This document shows positions 35,628 to 48,350 of a stretch of DNA of 64,000 nt, piece by piece. The stretch is taken from positions 2,232,001 to 2,296,000 of the forward strand of contig NW_027117339.1 in NCBI RefSeq assembly GCF_038025025.1. The letters are read 5' to 3'. The translations under genes and the position numbers were made by a program. Below the pieces are notes generated by a model that worked only from the letters and a program-made list of their open reading frames with translations, had not been told where the DNA came from and did not search any database. How positions within the stretch are numbered: position 1 is the stretch's first letter; each line of letters begins with the position of its first letter. This DNA comes from Phyllosticta citribraziliensis (lineage: Eukaryota).

Positions 35628-38600
35628 TTACAACGACTTGTTGCCAACAAACTCGCTCCACTTCCTGACTTCGTTGGGGATGCCGTCAGCGCGGGGCAGC
35701 TTCTCGCTGCAGCACTGAGCAAAGAGTTGGGCAGTCTACACAATGTTAGTGTTCATCTCACAAAGGGAAAAAGAAGGGAGCTTACCTTGGGCTCCATGAA
35801 CAGCGGCACACCAAAGTCGACCGCGTTCCTCCTCATGACGTAGTCCTCGTCAACCAGGCTCGATGCCCTGGTCTTGGCCAGGTTGAACACGCCCTTGATG
35901 TCGTACTTCTCAAACACCTCCCTGAGCGCACGCTTGTCCTCCTTGGGGAACTCAATAACCTCGACGGACACGTTGCCGTTGGCCGTCTTCTCGAGGTGGT
36001 TCTTGACGTCAGGGTTGGCCGCGAACAGCTTGTAGCCAAGGGGCGCAAGGTAGTTGACGATCTTGACAAGCTCGGGCTTGCTAACGTCGCCACCGAACAA
36101 GAGACCCTCGCCCGGCTCAGGGACGCGGAAGTTCATCATCGACTGCACCGAAGTCCAGTACGCCTCGACCAAGTCCTTTCCGAAGCAAGCCATCTCGCCA
36201 GTGGAAGCCATTTCGACGCCGAGGTAGGGGTCAGCACCAGCCAGACGAGTCCAGGAGAACTGGGGAACCTTGGTGGCGACATAGTCGCGCTTCTCACTCA
36301 TGAGGTTGGTAGGCTCGGGCACGTCACGGCCGACAAGAGCCTTGGTGGCAACGTCAATGAAGTTGGTGCCAAGGACCTTGCTGACGAAGGGGAACGAGCG
36401 GGAGGCACGGAGGTTGCACTCAATGACCTTGAGAGCCACATCACCGCCATCGGGGTTGTCGGCCTTGATGATCTGCATGTTGAAGGGACCGGTAATCTTC
36501 CAGGCCTTGGCGACCTTGTCTGCAATTTCCTTGCAGCGGTCAAGAGTCTTCTGGTCAAGGTTGACAGGGGGCAGCACAAGCGTAGCATCACCAGAGTGGA
36601 CACCAGCGTCTTCGACGTGCTCACTGACGGCGTGGACAAGGACCTTGCCGTTGCTGGCAACTGCATCAACGTCAAGCTCCTTGGCACCCTCAATGTACTG
36701 GGTGATGACGACGGGGTGGTCGGGAGAAACATCGGCAGCAGCAGTGAGCTTCTCCTGAAGCTCGTCCTCACTGCGAATGACGGTCATGGCGGCACCAGAC
36801 AGGACATAAGAGGGACGGACGAGAACGGGGTATCCAACAGACGAAGCAAACTTCTTGGCTTCCTCATACGAGGAGAGCTCCTTCCATGCAGGTTGATCAA
36901 CTCCGATGGAGTCGAGGATCTGAGAGAACTTGTGCCTGTCCTCAGCCTTGTCAATGTCCTGGGGGTCCGTGCCGAGAACCTTGGCCTTGCCGGTCTCCTG
37001 GAGCTTCAGAGCAATGTTCTGGGCGAGCTGACCACCGACAGAGACCACAACACCAGAAGCAGTCTCGAGTTCGTAGATATCCATGACACGCTCGTAGCTC
37101 AGCTCTTCAAAGTAGAGCTTGTCAGCAACGTCGAAATCGGTGGAGTAGGTCTCGGGGTTGTAGTTGATCATGACCGTCTTCTTGCCAAGCTTGTTCAGGG
37201 ACTGAGTCGCCATGACGGCAGACCAGTCAAACTCGACCGAGCTACCAATACGGTAGACACCGCTGCCGAGGACAACAATTCCGTGGTCATCGAATGTGAC
37301 ATCGTGCGAGGAGGCATTGTAGGTGGTGTAGAGGTAGTTGGTGTCAGCAGGGAACTCGGCAGCCAGGGTATCAATCTTCTTGACGAAGGGAGTGATGCCG
37401 AAGCTCTTCCTGCGGGCACGGACCTCGTCCTCGGTGCTGTTGACCGCCAGAGCAATTTGCTTGTCGGAGAAACCAAGCTTCTTGGCCTTGAGAATGACCT
37501 CCTTCTTCAGACCAAACAGGCTGCCAATCTCCTGGAGGTCGTTGGTGCAGTCGACAATGTTTTGCAGCTTGTACAGGAACCACTTGTCAATCTTGGTCAG
37601 GTCGTGGATCTTGTCAACGCTGTATCCCTCGTGGAACATGGCCTGACCGACAGCAAGCCATCTGCGGTCAGTAGGGTTTTTGAGAGTCTCGTCCAGGTTG
37701 TCAAACTTGTCACCCTGGAAGCCCAGGAACCTCGGGTCGACCTGACGGCAAGCCTTTTGGAAAGATTCCTCAAACGTGCGACCAATAGCCATGACTTCAC
37801 CAACAGACTTCATCGAAGAGCCAATGTCGCGCTTGACGTTCTGGAACTTGCTGAGATCCCAGCGGGGCATCTTCGTGACAATGTAGTCAAGGGAGGGCTC
37901 AAAGTTGGCAGTCGTAGTCTTGGTAACGGCATTGGGAAGCTCAGGGAGAGTGTGTCCCAAACCAATCTTGGCAGCAGTGTAGGCAAGAGGGTAACCAGTA
38001 GCCTTGGAGGCAAGAGCCGAAGAGCGAGAGAGACGAGCGTTGACCTCAATCACACGGTAGTCGAGGCCGTCGGGCTGCAGAGCGTACTGCACATTGCACT
38101 CTCCGACGACACCCAAGTGACGGACAATCTTGATTGAAGCGGAGCGGAGCATGTGGTACTCCTCGTCGCTGAAGGTCTGACTGGGAGAGACGACGATACT
38201 GTCGCCAGTGTGGACACCAAGAGGATCAAAGTTTTCCATGTTGCAGACCGTAATGCAGTTGTCGCTGGCGTCACGGACGACCTCATACTCGGCCTCCTTC
38301 CAGCCCCTGAGGGACTTCTCGACCAGAATTTGCGGCGAGAGGGTCAAAGAGCGAGCAGCCAAGTTCCTGAGCTCTTCCTTGTTGTTGGCGAAACCGGAAC
38401 CAAGACCTCCAAGGGCGTAAGCGGCACGAACAATGATGGGGTATCCGATCTTGTCGGCGGCGTCCAGAGCCTCGTCGACGGTGCCGACAGCAATAGACTC
38501 GGCAATGGGAATGTTGATCTCGTTCAGAGCCTTGGCGAAGAGGTCACGGTCCTCGGAAGTCTCCAGAGTCTTGACACTGGTTCCCAGGACCTTGACGTTG

Positions 38601-39294
38601 TAGCGCTCGAAAACGCCCATCTTGTTGAGCTTGACACCGAGGTTGAGCGCAGTCTGACCACCGAAGCTGAGGAAGATGCCGTCAGGCCTTTCCTTTTCAA
38701 TGACGTAGGTAACATATTCGGGAGTGACGGGGAGGTAGTAAATCTCGTCCGCAAGCACATGCGATGTCTGAATAGTGGCGATGTTGGGGTTGATGAGCAC
38801 CGACTGAACGCCAGCCTCTTTCAATGCCTTGAGCGCTTGCGAGCCTGCATGAACAATGCGTCAGCATGCTTTGTTTTTTCATTTGTTTTGGAGGAAATCA
38901 ATTTTGCGCGCGAGCAAAACCACAGCTCCACCAGAAAATTGTATGACTCACCCGAGTAGTCGAACTCTCCAGCTTGACCAATGCTCAGACCACCGGATCC
39001 AATGACCAGGACCTTCTTGACGTTGACCAGGTCGCGGGCACCAGAGATGACGCCGCTGTCGAGGAAGGCCTTTGAAGCCGCGGCCTCGGCGCTCTTGTTG
39101 CGGAGGGCTGCAACGCGCGAAAAGGCGCGCAGCTGCTGGCACGAAGCTCTGGAAACTTCAGACTTCCGCAGAGACAGCAGCGGCGAAGAGGCACTGGCCG
39201 TAAAGGCGCGGGTAGAGGTCTGGGGAGCTCCGGCAGTGCGACATGAGCGGAGGAGGTTGGGCGCGCGGCGCGCGAGGCGGCCTGAGAGAGCCAT
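35628..39294 (-). CDS. CPA2: Arginine-specific carbamoyl-phosphate synthase large subunit, mitochondrial (N. crassa arg-3 type); exons 39294-38952, 38844-35786, 35735-35628
   Basis: Mitochondrial presequence; [31 protein letters not shown]; two ATP-grasp halves (IEVNARLSRSSALASKATGYP, IECNLRASRSFPFVSK); C-terminal MRRNAVDFGVPL. Confidence 0.97.
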
Positions 39295-39617
39295 TGTAGC
39301 TGGACGAATTGGGGAGGAGGCAACGAGGCCGGTGGAACCTCTTCGACCCTCAGCTAGGAGCTCGCGAGAGAGAAGAGAATTGCTTGGGTGGAGGAGAGAG
39401 TGACGGGAATGAGGGGAGTCGACAGAGCTCGAAGTCGCAGCAAAAACTAAAGCGCGGATCCCTCGCGATAAGGATAAGGCCCGGGCGGTCAACCGAAGGA
39501 ATTGAAGGGAGACGCAACCCAACAGCACAACCGTGACGTTATTCTTTCAGGAGAGACGAGACGAGAGGGTTCAATGGGCACGCCAATAAATAATACGGCC
39601 GGCCAGACGACTCCATA

Positions 39618-39624
39618 TGACTCA
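39618..39624. promoter_or_regulatory. Gcn4/CpcA (cross-pathway control) response element TGACTCA upstream of CPA2
   Basis: Perfect TGACTCA about 325 bp upstream of the CPA2 ATG; arginine genes are established Gcn4/CPC-1 targets. Confidence 0.65.
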
Positions 39625-40108
39625 ATGCTACCGTACCGAGCGTCCGCGCGCTGTGATGGGGATCGAGACTGTGGAGGGCAGAGACGGGGGCGGGAGCTTG
39701 TACAATTTTTTGGCGACCCCGATTTTCGGACTCGCCGTCCCCTCCCTCTCAAGTCCGCGGCCCGCTGCCAGGAAATGCTCCCGTCGACGTCCCTTGGAAC
39801 CTAACCAACCTACTACACGCATTGGTCCAGCGACTGCCGACCCCGTGGGGGGTTTGACTTTGTCCTCCATGTCGTCAAATTCTTCACATCATGCTCTACA
39901 ATATTTACTTCTCAAAAAACCAATCGCGCCCCTGACTCCAATCCATGCTGATCTCCAGGCCAGGTCCACCGACGAAGTTCGTTCCCCATGCTCATCATTA
40001 TAGGGCATCCCCAATTGTCTGCACTGTGACTGTTGACCCGGCCCGATCCTGTTCCGTGTGCGTTTCCCGGTAGGTATGCTTCACAACTGCCATTTCGCCG
40101 TCCCCACC

Positions 40109-41020
40109 TCACTTCTTGCTGCTTGCTTTTGCCTTGACGTTCTTTCCCTTGGTCTCTTCCTGGCCTGCCTTTTGCTCCATGGCCTTCATCCTCTCTTTGA
40201 ATGCCCTTGGGCTCTCCAATTCTTTCGAACTCTTCGTCTTGGTGAAGAACTGGGCCAGCTTCGATGGTCCAGACCACATGCCAACCTTTTTTGCCTTTGC
40301 CTTTGCCTCTGCAGCCCGGTACTTGTCCTCAAACTCCCCAAACTCGGATCCTGTCTTGGCTTCGTATACCGTAGCGAGGCCGTTCTTGAGCATCTCGAGC
40401 CCGACATCTTTGCGGAAGATGCCCCGCCGAATGAAGACGGTGGCGACTACGCGGTCATATTGGTCACGACGATAGATGTATGCGCGGACTCGGCGGTCGA
40501 GAATGTGGTTCTTGAGCCATTCGAAGGCTTCTTGGCCGTACGGTTGCGCTGGTCTGCCGAAATGCGCGAGTTCGGGAGCGTCAACACCTGCTATGCGTAT
40601 ATGGATCTGTGTTCTCGTCAGACATGAATGCAGCGCAGTCGCCCCAAGACGTACGGTATTCGACTGCAGCCCCTCCCTGCTGGTTGGGACCTTTCTCCAC
40701 GGCAGCCAACCCCAGCCCGTCAGCCGGCCGCCTGGTGTGTGGAATAGGTGAAAGTTGTCGGCATCGCCAACTCTGGTGACTCTGCCAAACAGACTCTTGC
40801 GTCGGAAATATTTTGGCTTGATATAGTTGACGCTTGGTATCCTCCTGACGTAGGATTTGTAGAACCGAATAAGCAGGAGAGATGTCGCGGTAGCGGCTAC
40901 CGAGGTTGCGAGGTTTCGCGGTGTCAAGGCGCTGTCCCAGTCGATGGTGCCGTCGTCCCGTTTCAGCCGGGTCAAGAAATCCTCTTGGTCGTCATCTTTG
41001 TTCGACCAGGGCCACCGCAT
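40109..41020 (-). CDS. LCL3: Staphylococcal-nuclease-like mitochondrial endonuclease; intron 40654-40607
   Basis: [54 protein letters not shown]. Confidence 0.92.
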   Translation of the reverse strand: MRWPWSNKDDDQEDFLTRLKRDDGTIDWDSALTPRNLATSVAATATSLLLIRFYKSYVRRIPSVNYIKPKYFRRKSLFGRVTRVGDADNFHLFHTPGGRLTGWGWLPWRKVPTSREGLQSNTVRLGATALHSCLTRTQIHIRIAGVDAPELAHFGRPAQPYGQEAFEWLKNHILDRRVRAYIYRRDQYDRVVATVFIRRGIFRKDVGLEMLKNGLATVYEAKTGSEFGEFEDKYRAAEAKAKAKKVGMWSGPSKLAQFFTKTKSSKELESPRAFKERMKAMEQKAGQEETKGKNVKAKASSKK

Positions 41021-41404
41021 GACTGCGGCGGAAGGAAAGGAGAGGAAGAAGTTGTGTTGAGCGCACTGCGCGCTGCAAGTAACGATTCCACGACCTGTCG
41101 CGCGCGCGCGCTAAGACCAAGTCAGAAGCCGAAGGCGGTGTGGGGTTACCTAGACACGGTCGGTTGCGCAGTGACGTATGACAGGCACGGGGGTCGCTGG
41201 AATGTTGGAAACTGAATGCTCTATAGAGACCCAGATGCTTTTCACGCTGGGTGCAGGTCACTGTGTCCAAATCAACTGGCGCGTGCCTGACGTGTCCATC
41301 CCACGACCTACACGCATGCAACGCGTCTCCCTGATCCGACAGCACCCTGGCACGCCACAACTCTCCGTGCAGCTGTTCTACATACAGGCTTGATTACGCA
41401 CACA

Positions 41405-42590
41405 CTAAAAGTTGACCTTGAAGGTACGTCCACTGGCCGTCTTTCTCTCCTTCTCTTCCGTCTCCGGCCTGGCTCTGCGCAAAACTTGGTTGGATTAGCG
41501 TTTGCCTTCGCTGTTCCAATAGTGACCCTCTTACCTTGCAGGAAGTCTGCAGTACGTCTCCTCATCCTCGAGTGAATATAGGCCTTGGACGCCTTGATGT
41601 GGTAGTGGAAATAGTCACGGAATGTCTGGATATGAGAAATGACCTCGTAGCGGCGTTGAATCGTCAGGTGTCTTGGGAACAGGACTGCTCTTGTTAGCAC
41701 ACGAGCAATATGTCCTTTTGCAACCAACTCACCGAAAGTGATGTAGCCGACTTCGCCTGCCTTGGCTTGTGCGACCTCTGGTTGGTCTTGGAGTTCCAGA
41801 GGAGGGTCATTCCTGAACAGGACCTGGGGAGCGTTCTGGATGGCTCTCCTCCGAGCATCCACAAACTCCTGAAGGAAGACTTTGCCAAAGATGCGGTCCG
41901 TCTCCTCTTTGAAGACAGTACTGAAAATAACTGTCACTCGGTCGTGACCAGCCTTGATGTAGATGGCCTCCTCCTCGCGGTAGTGGATTGCGCGCACTGC
42001 ACCTCCCTCACGGACGCCCTGGGGTGCAGATTCTGACGTGTACTTGGACGCTTCTTCTTGAAGAGCGGCAAACTCGTCGAATGCCTGCTCAAAGGGAGCA
42101 GCCATGGCATTGCGCTTTAGCAGGGAGATCTTGCGGACCAGCTCATCCCGAGCCTCTGTACGCGCTGATCAGTATCAAATCCAATGCCACAGAGGGGCGC
42201 TACTACCTTGCTCCGCAGGCAGATTGTCCAAGTCCACTTGCACCGAAAAGTCGTAGCCTGATTCTGGTGCGACGATGTATGGGCCATATTCGCGCTCGAG
42301 CACCTGCTGCGCTCCGTACTTGACGAGCTCCTGGAAGCATCGTACGGCTATCGAGACGACAATCTTGGTCTTGGATTCGGGGGTGGAAATATGGAAGGTG
42401 ACGCCGTCAAAGTCGGAGACAATCTGGTCGATGGAGGCTGGGGGAGCTCCTCTGTAGTCTTGTTAGCTACACCGGTCTCCGCGGGGGCTAGCTCCTCTAT
42501 GTGAGGACAATGCAGGGGAAGTCCGCACCCCGAGAGCCGATCGTTCAGCAACGACTCAATGAGCACATTCTGGTAGTCCAAGAGCAGCAT
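41405..42590 (-). CDS. ARPC2: Arp2/3 complex 34-kDa subunit, multi-exon
   Basis: MLLLDYQNVLI; KVFLQEFVDARRRAIQNAPQVL; FRDYFHYHIKASKAYIHSRMRRR; last exon VLRRARPE...KTASGRTFKVNF*. Confidence 0.95.
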
Positions 42591-42812
42591 TGTGGGCGAA
42601 ACTGCGGTATCAAAGGCGTTGGCGGGTGGTTCGGGGATGGTGATGAGGCAGCCGTGTTGAGCTGGAGACGGTGGTCCGCCCTATGGGTGCCAAGGACTGG
42701 GACCGGACGTGGGGCGGGCGGAAAGGCGGCGGGATCGCCCAAAAAGTCCGCGTCGCTTGGAGCTTCGAAAAAGTTCGGACTGCAGACGCGCCTCCGTCAC
42801 CAACCCTTCGCA

Positions 42813-45751
42813 ATGGTCAAATCATACGTGTACGTCTCCAAGTTTTCCTCTGTCATTGTCGCGCGCGCCCGACTAATCTGAATAGAAAGTATGAACACTC
42901 TCACACCTTCGGCGTCGTAAATTCTGCCACTTCGAATGCCGTCTGGGTCCCTGATGCCGGCGCAAACCGCCTGACTGGCGCCGGCCATGCCTACGTGGGC
43001 GCGAATGAAGAAGTGCTCTGCTGGGACGTGAAAAAGGGCGATCTCCTCAGCAGATGGCACGATCGTGCTTGTTCTGCTCAAGTCACCGCCATCGCGCAGA
43101 GCAAGACGGACCCCGATGTCTTCGCCGTTGGATACGCAGATGGCAGCATTAGAGTCTGGGACTCGAAGACCTCGTCTCTCTTGATCAGCTTCAATGGACA
43201 CAAATCGGCCGTCACGCACCTGACTTTCGACGACTCTGGCGTGCGGTTGGCTAGCGGCTCCAAAGATACCGACATTATTGTCTGGGATCTTGTCGGAGAA
43301 GTTGGTCTATTCAAGCTTCGTGGTCATAAGGATCAAATTACCGGTCTACACTTCCTTCGTGTCAACCCTGACGAGAACGGCGACGAGGATGAGATGCCCA
43401 CCGTCACGGACGACGGACCGGTCTTCCTGCTATCAACGAGCAAAGACGCACTGATAAAGATTTGGGATGTCACCTCCCAGCACTGTATCGAAACCCACGT
43501 CGCCCAGACTAATGGAGAGTGCTGGGCCCTCGGCGTTTCCCCCGACCACAACGGATGCATCACGGCCGGAAACGATGGCGAGCTCAAGGTCTGGGCGATT
43601 GACCAAGAAGGTCTCCGGACAGCCTCGAAGCGGGTAGACGAGATGGCGGATTCAAGGTTCTTGATTGACCGGGGTACGTTACATCGACAAGGCAAGGACC
43701 GAACGCTGGGAATCCGTTTCCATCCTCGACTGGACTACATCGCGATACATGGATCAGAAAAGGCCGTCGAGTTGTGGAGAATAAGATCAGACGAAGAAGT
43801 GCAAAAGGGTCTAGCCAGGAAGAGGAAGAGAAGAAAGGAGAAGCTTAGGGAAAAGGGAGAGGACGTTGACATGACCGACGCCGACGACATGGCAAGCGCG
43901 GGTGTAGCCGACATCTTCACCCCGTACGTCATTGTCCGGACAGGAGGCAAGGTGCGGTCCGTGGAGTGGACTGGAAGAGGGTCGAAAGCGTTGCAACTGC
44001 TTGTGGCCACCACTAACAACCTCCTGGAAGATTACACCATTCCAACCAAAGAAAAGACGAAAAAGGCATCAAAGGAAGAACCGCCAGAGTACAGCCGCCA
44101 ATACTCTGTAGATCTTCCAGGACACAGGACAGATGTTCGCGCCATGGCCTTGAGTTCTGATGACCGGATGTTGGCCTCGGCATCGAGTGGCAGTCTCAAG
44201 ATTTGGAACGTTAAGACTCAAACCTGTCTACGCACCCTCGAGTGCGGCTATGCACTCTGTTGCGCCTTTCTTCCGGGCGACAAGATTGTAGTGGTCGGCA
44301 CAAAGAGTGGAGAGCTCGAGCTGTTTGACATTGCGTCGTCACAGCTTGTAGACACTGTTCAAGCGCACGACGGCGCCATATGGACCCTCGATCTTCATCC
44401 AGATGGCAAGTCAGTCGTGACCGGAAGCGCAGATAAGACGGCCAAGTTCTGGAACTTTGAAATCGTGCAGGAAGAGATTCCCGGCACAAAGCGCACGACT
44501 CCCAAGCTCAAGCTCGTCCACTCTCGTACCCTCAAGGTCAACGATGACATTTTGAGCCTCTGCTTCTCTGCAGACTCTCGTCTCCTCGCCGTCGCAACGC
44601 TCGACAACACGGTCAAGGTCTTCTTTGTCGACTCGCTAAAGCTATTCCTCAACCTCTATGGCCACAAGCTTCCTGTGCTCAACATGTCCATATCATCGGA
44701 CAGCAAGCTGATCGCGACCTGCTCCGCCGACAAGAACATCCGCCTTTGGGGTCTCGACTTTGGCGACTGCCACAAGTCGTTTTTCGCGCATCAAGACTCG
44801 ATTATGCAAGTAGCCTTCATCCCGCACCCAGTCTCGCGAGACGAGGGTCACTTCTTCTTCAGCGCATCCAAGGACCGCGCCATCAAGACGTGGGACGGCG
44901 ATAAGTTTGAGCAGATCCAAAAGCTCGACGGTCATCACGGCGAGATCTGGGCCATGGCCGTCAGCCGCACGGGTGATTTCTTCGTCACCGCGTCCCACGA
45001 TAAGAGCATCCGGGTGTGGATGCAAAGCGACGAGCCCATTTTCCTCGAAGAAGAGCGCGAGCGCGAGCTAGAAGAGCTGTACGAATCAACACTAGCAACA
45101 TCGCTCGACGCCGACGGCGAGGCGGGCGAAGACGGCGAGAAGGGTGAAGTGGGGGCAGCCACGAAGCAGACGATTGCGACACTGACGGCGGGCGAGCGCA
45201 TCATCGAAGCATTGGAGCTGGGCCTGGTGGACTTGGAGGTCGTCGGCGAATGGAAAGCCAAACGCGCCGCTAACCCGTCGGTCAACCTCGCGCCGCCGCA
45301 GCGCGATCCGCTGTACATGGCGCTGGGCGGTGTCAGCGCTGAGCAGCACGTCCTCAACACTGTGGCCAAGATCCCCGCCGCGCAGCTGCACGATGCCTTG
45401 CTCGTGCTGCCGTTCTCTACGCTCCCGGGCCTGTTCCGCTTCATCAACATTTGGGTCAGGAGACAAATGAACGTGCCCCTCGTTTGCCGCGTCCTCTTTT
45501 TCATGCTTCGCACGCATCAGCGCCAGATCGTGGCGAGCAAGGAGTTGAAGACGATGCTTGAGGGCATGCGTGAGGATCTGAGAACCACGCTTGGTGGCCT
45601 GAAGGATATGATGGGTTTCAATGCGGCGGCGGTCAAGTTTGTCGGCTTGAAGGCGGATGGCACAAAGGTGGCTAGATTGGAGGATGTGGAGGAGAAGGAG
45701 AAGGCAGCGGACCAGGGGCGCAAGAAGAGGGCCTTTGTTGATGTCGCTTGA
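42813..45751 (+). CDS. DIP2: U3 snoRNA-associated WD40 protein Dip2/Utp12; exons 42813-42829, 42886-45751
   Basis: Spliced start MVKSYVKYEH; many WD repeats; LYGHKLPVL, WGLDFGDCHKS; Utp12 C-terminal LHDALLVLPF. Confidence 0.94.
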
Positions 45752-46362
45752 GTGTAATTTTGTCAAAAATGCTAGCACAGCAAATGGGCGTTCTGTTTTA
45801 TATAGAGCATGGAGATTCAAGACGAGAAAAGCAAGACCGTTTGGAAGAATGAAGTTGACGGCAGTATGTTGCGAGCATCTCTCCAGTAGCCGTAAAAGGC
45901 AGAGATAAGTAAACCGCTACCTTTTGTTCCGAATACTCCTTCCATCCGTGACACTGCTCCCGCCGTAGCGCTTCATCTGCCTCCGTCATACTTCTTTAAG
46001 TCCGGAGGCTCCATGTGGAGCATGAATTTGGTCGCACATGGATGCCGAGACATGCCTTGCAATCTGATCTATTGAAATCAGGCAGATAACGCGCATTTTG
46101 ACGGAGAAGGGCGGCAGCCTTTCGGCATTGACATCAACGCTCAATCGGGCAGGTTGACACAAACAAGCCATGTCGCATTGGCGTGCCTCTTGATTTGAGC
46201 ACGGAGACAGACTTTCGTTCGGGTCGATTGGAGCACGAGCAAGTAGCAAGACCAGCCAAGTAAAAGAGATTAGGATGGGGTCATTTATACGCTATGGATC
46301 ATTAAAATCAAATTAATAAAACCCAAGGCAAAAGGGCAAAGCTTCCCAAATGCACAACATCA

Positions 46363-47431
46363 TCAAACATACAACGCGGCGTCCTCACTCCCTTGCTGTC
46401 TCTGATCTGACCTTTCTGACTCTTCACCTCCTGGTCTTTTGACGTCCGAGTGCTTCGCTGGGTCAAATACGAAGATTGGAAATTCCAAGAAGATGGTCCT
46501 TTTCAAAATCGTGGGCATCTTTTCGTAAAGTGCCGGCGGGAATGGAAACAAGATGCTCGTGCGATTGAGCCAGCGCGAATACTCTTCCCAGCGAGTCCCC
46601 TTTTCGTAACGCTTCTTGGCGCCTGGCCGCTCTTGCAGCGTCAATCCCGACACGAACATGAGCAAAGTCGTCAAGAAAATGGGGCCCAAGATGGATGCGT
46701 AGAGGGCTGCACGGGCGCCACCGTGAACATAGCCGTTGGCCGCCGGAGCCACGGCAATGGTGAATATCGAGAATTGAATTAAGATTTCGCCAAAATAATT
46801 CGGATGGCGGGAGTAGTGGAAGAGGCCAATATTGCAGATGGAGCCGTCGCTTCCGTGGCGGGACCTGAAACGGTACTTTTGGACATCGGAGACGGATTCG
46901 CAGAAGAATCCAGTGGCGAAGAGTATGACACCGGCGATATCGCAACCAGTGCCGAACTTGGGCTGCGGATATGCTGTAACTTTCGGAGAATTGAGGATAG
47001 TAACAGGGAACGAGACAGTCCACACCCAACTGCACATGGTTAGTTGTGTGAGCTTTCGAAAGGATCGCAATGTTCGCTTACAGCATTTGGAAGATCCAGA
47101 AGCCGAGAAAGGGAAAGAACTTGTCGCGCTTGTCATCGAAGCGGTCGTCTTTGCCGGTCTTCAAGATTCGGAAGAGCAAAAAGCCCGAGAGACGCGCTCC
47201 CCAGAGCATGATGAAAATGGAGGCCACGATTTGGCGCGCATTGTCGCGGTCTCCGCCAAAGGCGAGAGTGATGATGGCAAGGACGACGAAATTGGTGCCG
47301 CCAGCGAAATCGGTCAACTTGTCAAACTTGAAGGTGAATGCTATGGAAAAGAAGAAGAGTTGATAGGCGACGGTGATGAGAAAGGTGATTGCCAAGTAAT
47401 AGTCGTCGAGAACGTGGACGGGGCCGGCCAT
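46363..47431 (-). CDS. DUF1295 / steroid 5-alpha-reductase-like membrane protein; intron 47081-47030
   Basis: DKLTDFAGGTNF, WGARLSGFLLFRILKTGKDDRFD, SRHPNYFGE; several transmembrane segments. Confidence 0.9.
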
Positions 47432-48350
47432 GGCGGAAGGTTGATCTGTGAAGTTGAGATTGTGACTAGCAATGCCTGTCTCTCATGTCTTAAGAGTCTG
47501 ATCAATGTAAGCACAACAACAAAGAGCAACGGGTCGTCAAGAGTCAGCCACGAAAAGTGATGTCAAGAGGAAGAGAAGCATGACGACAGGATGCTGTCGA
47601 GGGATGAGCCAAGCCTCGGTTGGCTTGGACATGCTCTGGGGATCGCTGTCCATCGATCCATCCATCGGCTTGCCGATGCGCCAACGGCCCGGATGGCCCG
47701 TGCGAACCGACTACCCTTTTTCAACGCCATCTTGATGCTCCACGCTCAGACACTCTGTCGACTCTTTCATTATCCTAGTGAACCAACTGATCTCATCGCT
47801 TAAAGTTGCGCCAAATTCAAGCATCAGTTCTTCGCTACCGCCCGGCACTCTGCGCCTGCAGTAGCCCCATACTGCGATGAAACCCGTCTCGACCTCAGAC
47901 CGCAACTCGTGACGCTGCATGTCACGTCTTCAGGTAGAAAGTACTCGTCGAGACTGTGATGCAACCGCTGCCTGGGATTTTGACCACATGCCATTGGCTC
48001 CCAGCCATGACAACCTTAAATCCTTTGCCGAACTGATGGGCTCTAAACAAATCACGACCTGGGTGGCTGGAGTTGTCGTACGAGGCTGCCAGATTTTTGC
48101 GGTCGTGAACGGTACATGATAAAGGCCCTGATATTTCCATTGCCGTGCTTGGCGACCATCTGATAGCTCTCGGCGCTCTGGATTCTTTAAGAGGCGGACG
48201 TTTCTCTCCGTGCCAAACCGGCCGCGTTTCTCGAACAGCTGTCTGCTGCTAGCCTTTCTTTTGACACTCATCACCAGCTGGGCTGAGTAACGCTCACCCT
48301 TTTAACAAGCAAGTGTTTTTTGATACCCATCGCACACCGACCGTGCCAAC

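Noticed and set aside
38944..38950. Second TGACTCA inside CPA2
   Set aside because: It coincides with the splice donor GTGAGTCA, which explains it.
35996..38959. 713-aa and 268-aa ORFs antisense to CPA2 (and similar antisense ORFs over other genes)
   Set aside because: Shadow ORFs caused by strong codon bias of the sense gene; no recognisable motifs.
39295..39613. Arginine-attenuator uORF, or TTG-initiated extension of CPA2
   Set aside because: No upstream ATG in this interval; the attenuator peptide belongs to the small-subunit gene; ATG 39294 already starts a typical presequence.
42671..42885. GTG-start N-terminal extension of DIP2 in the ORF track
   Set aside because: The real start is MVKSY at 42813 followed by an intron; the extension reads through promoter and intron.
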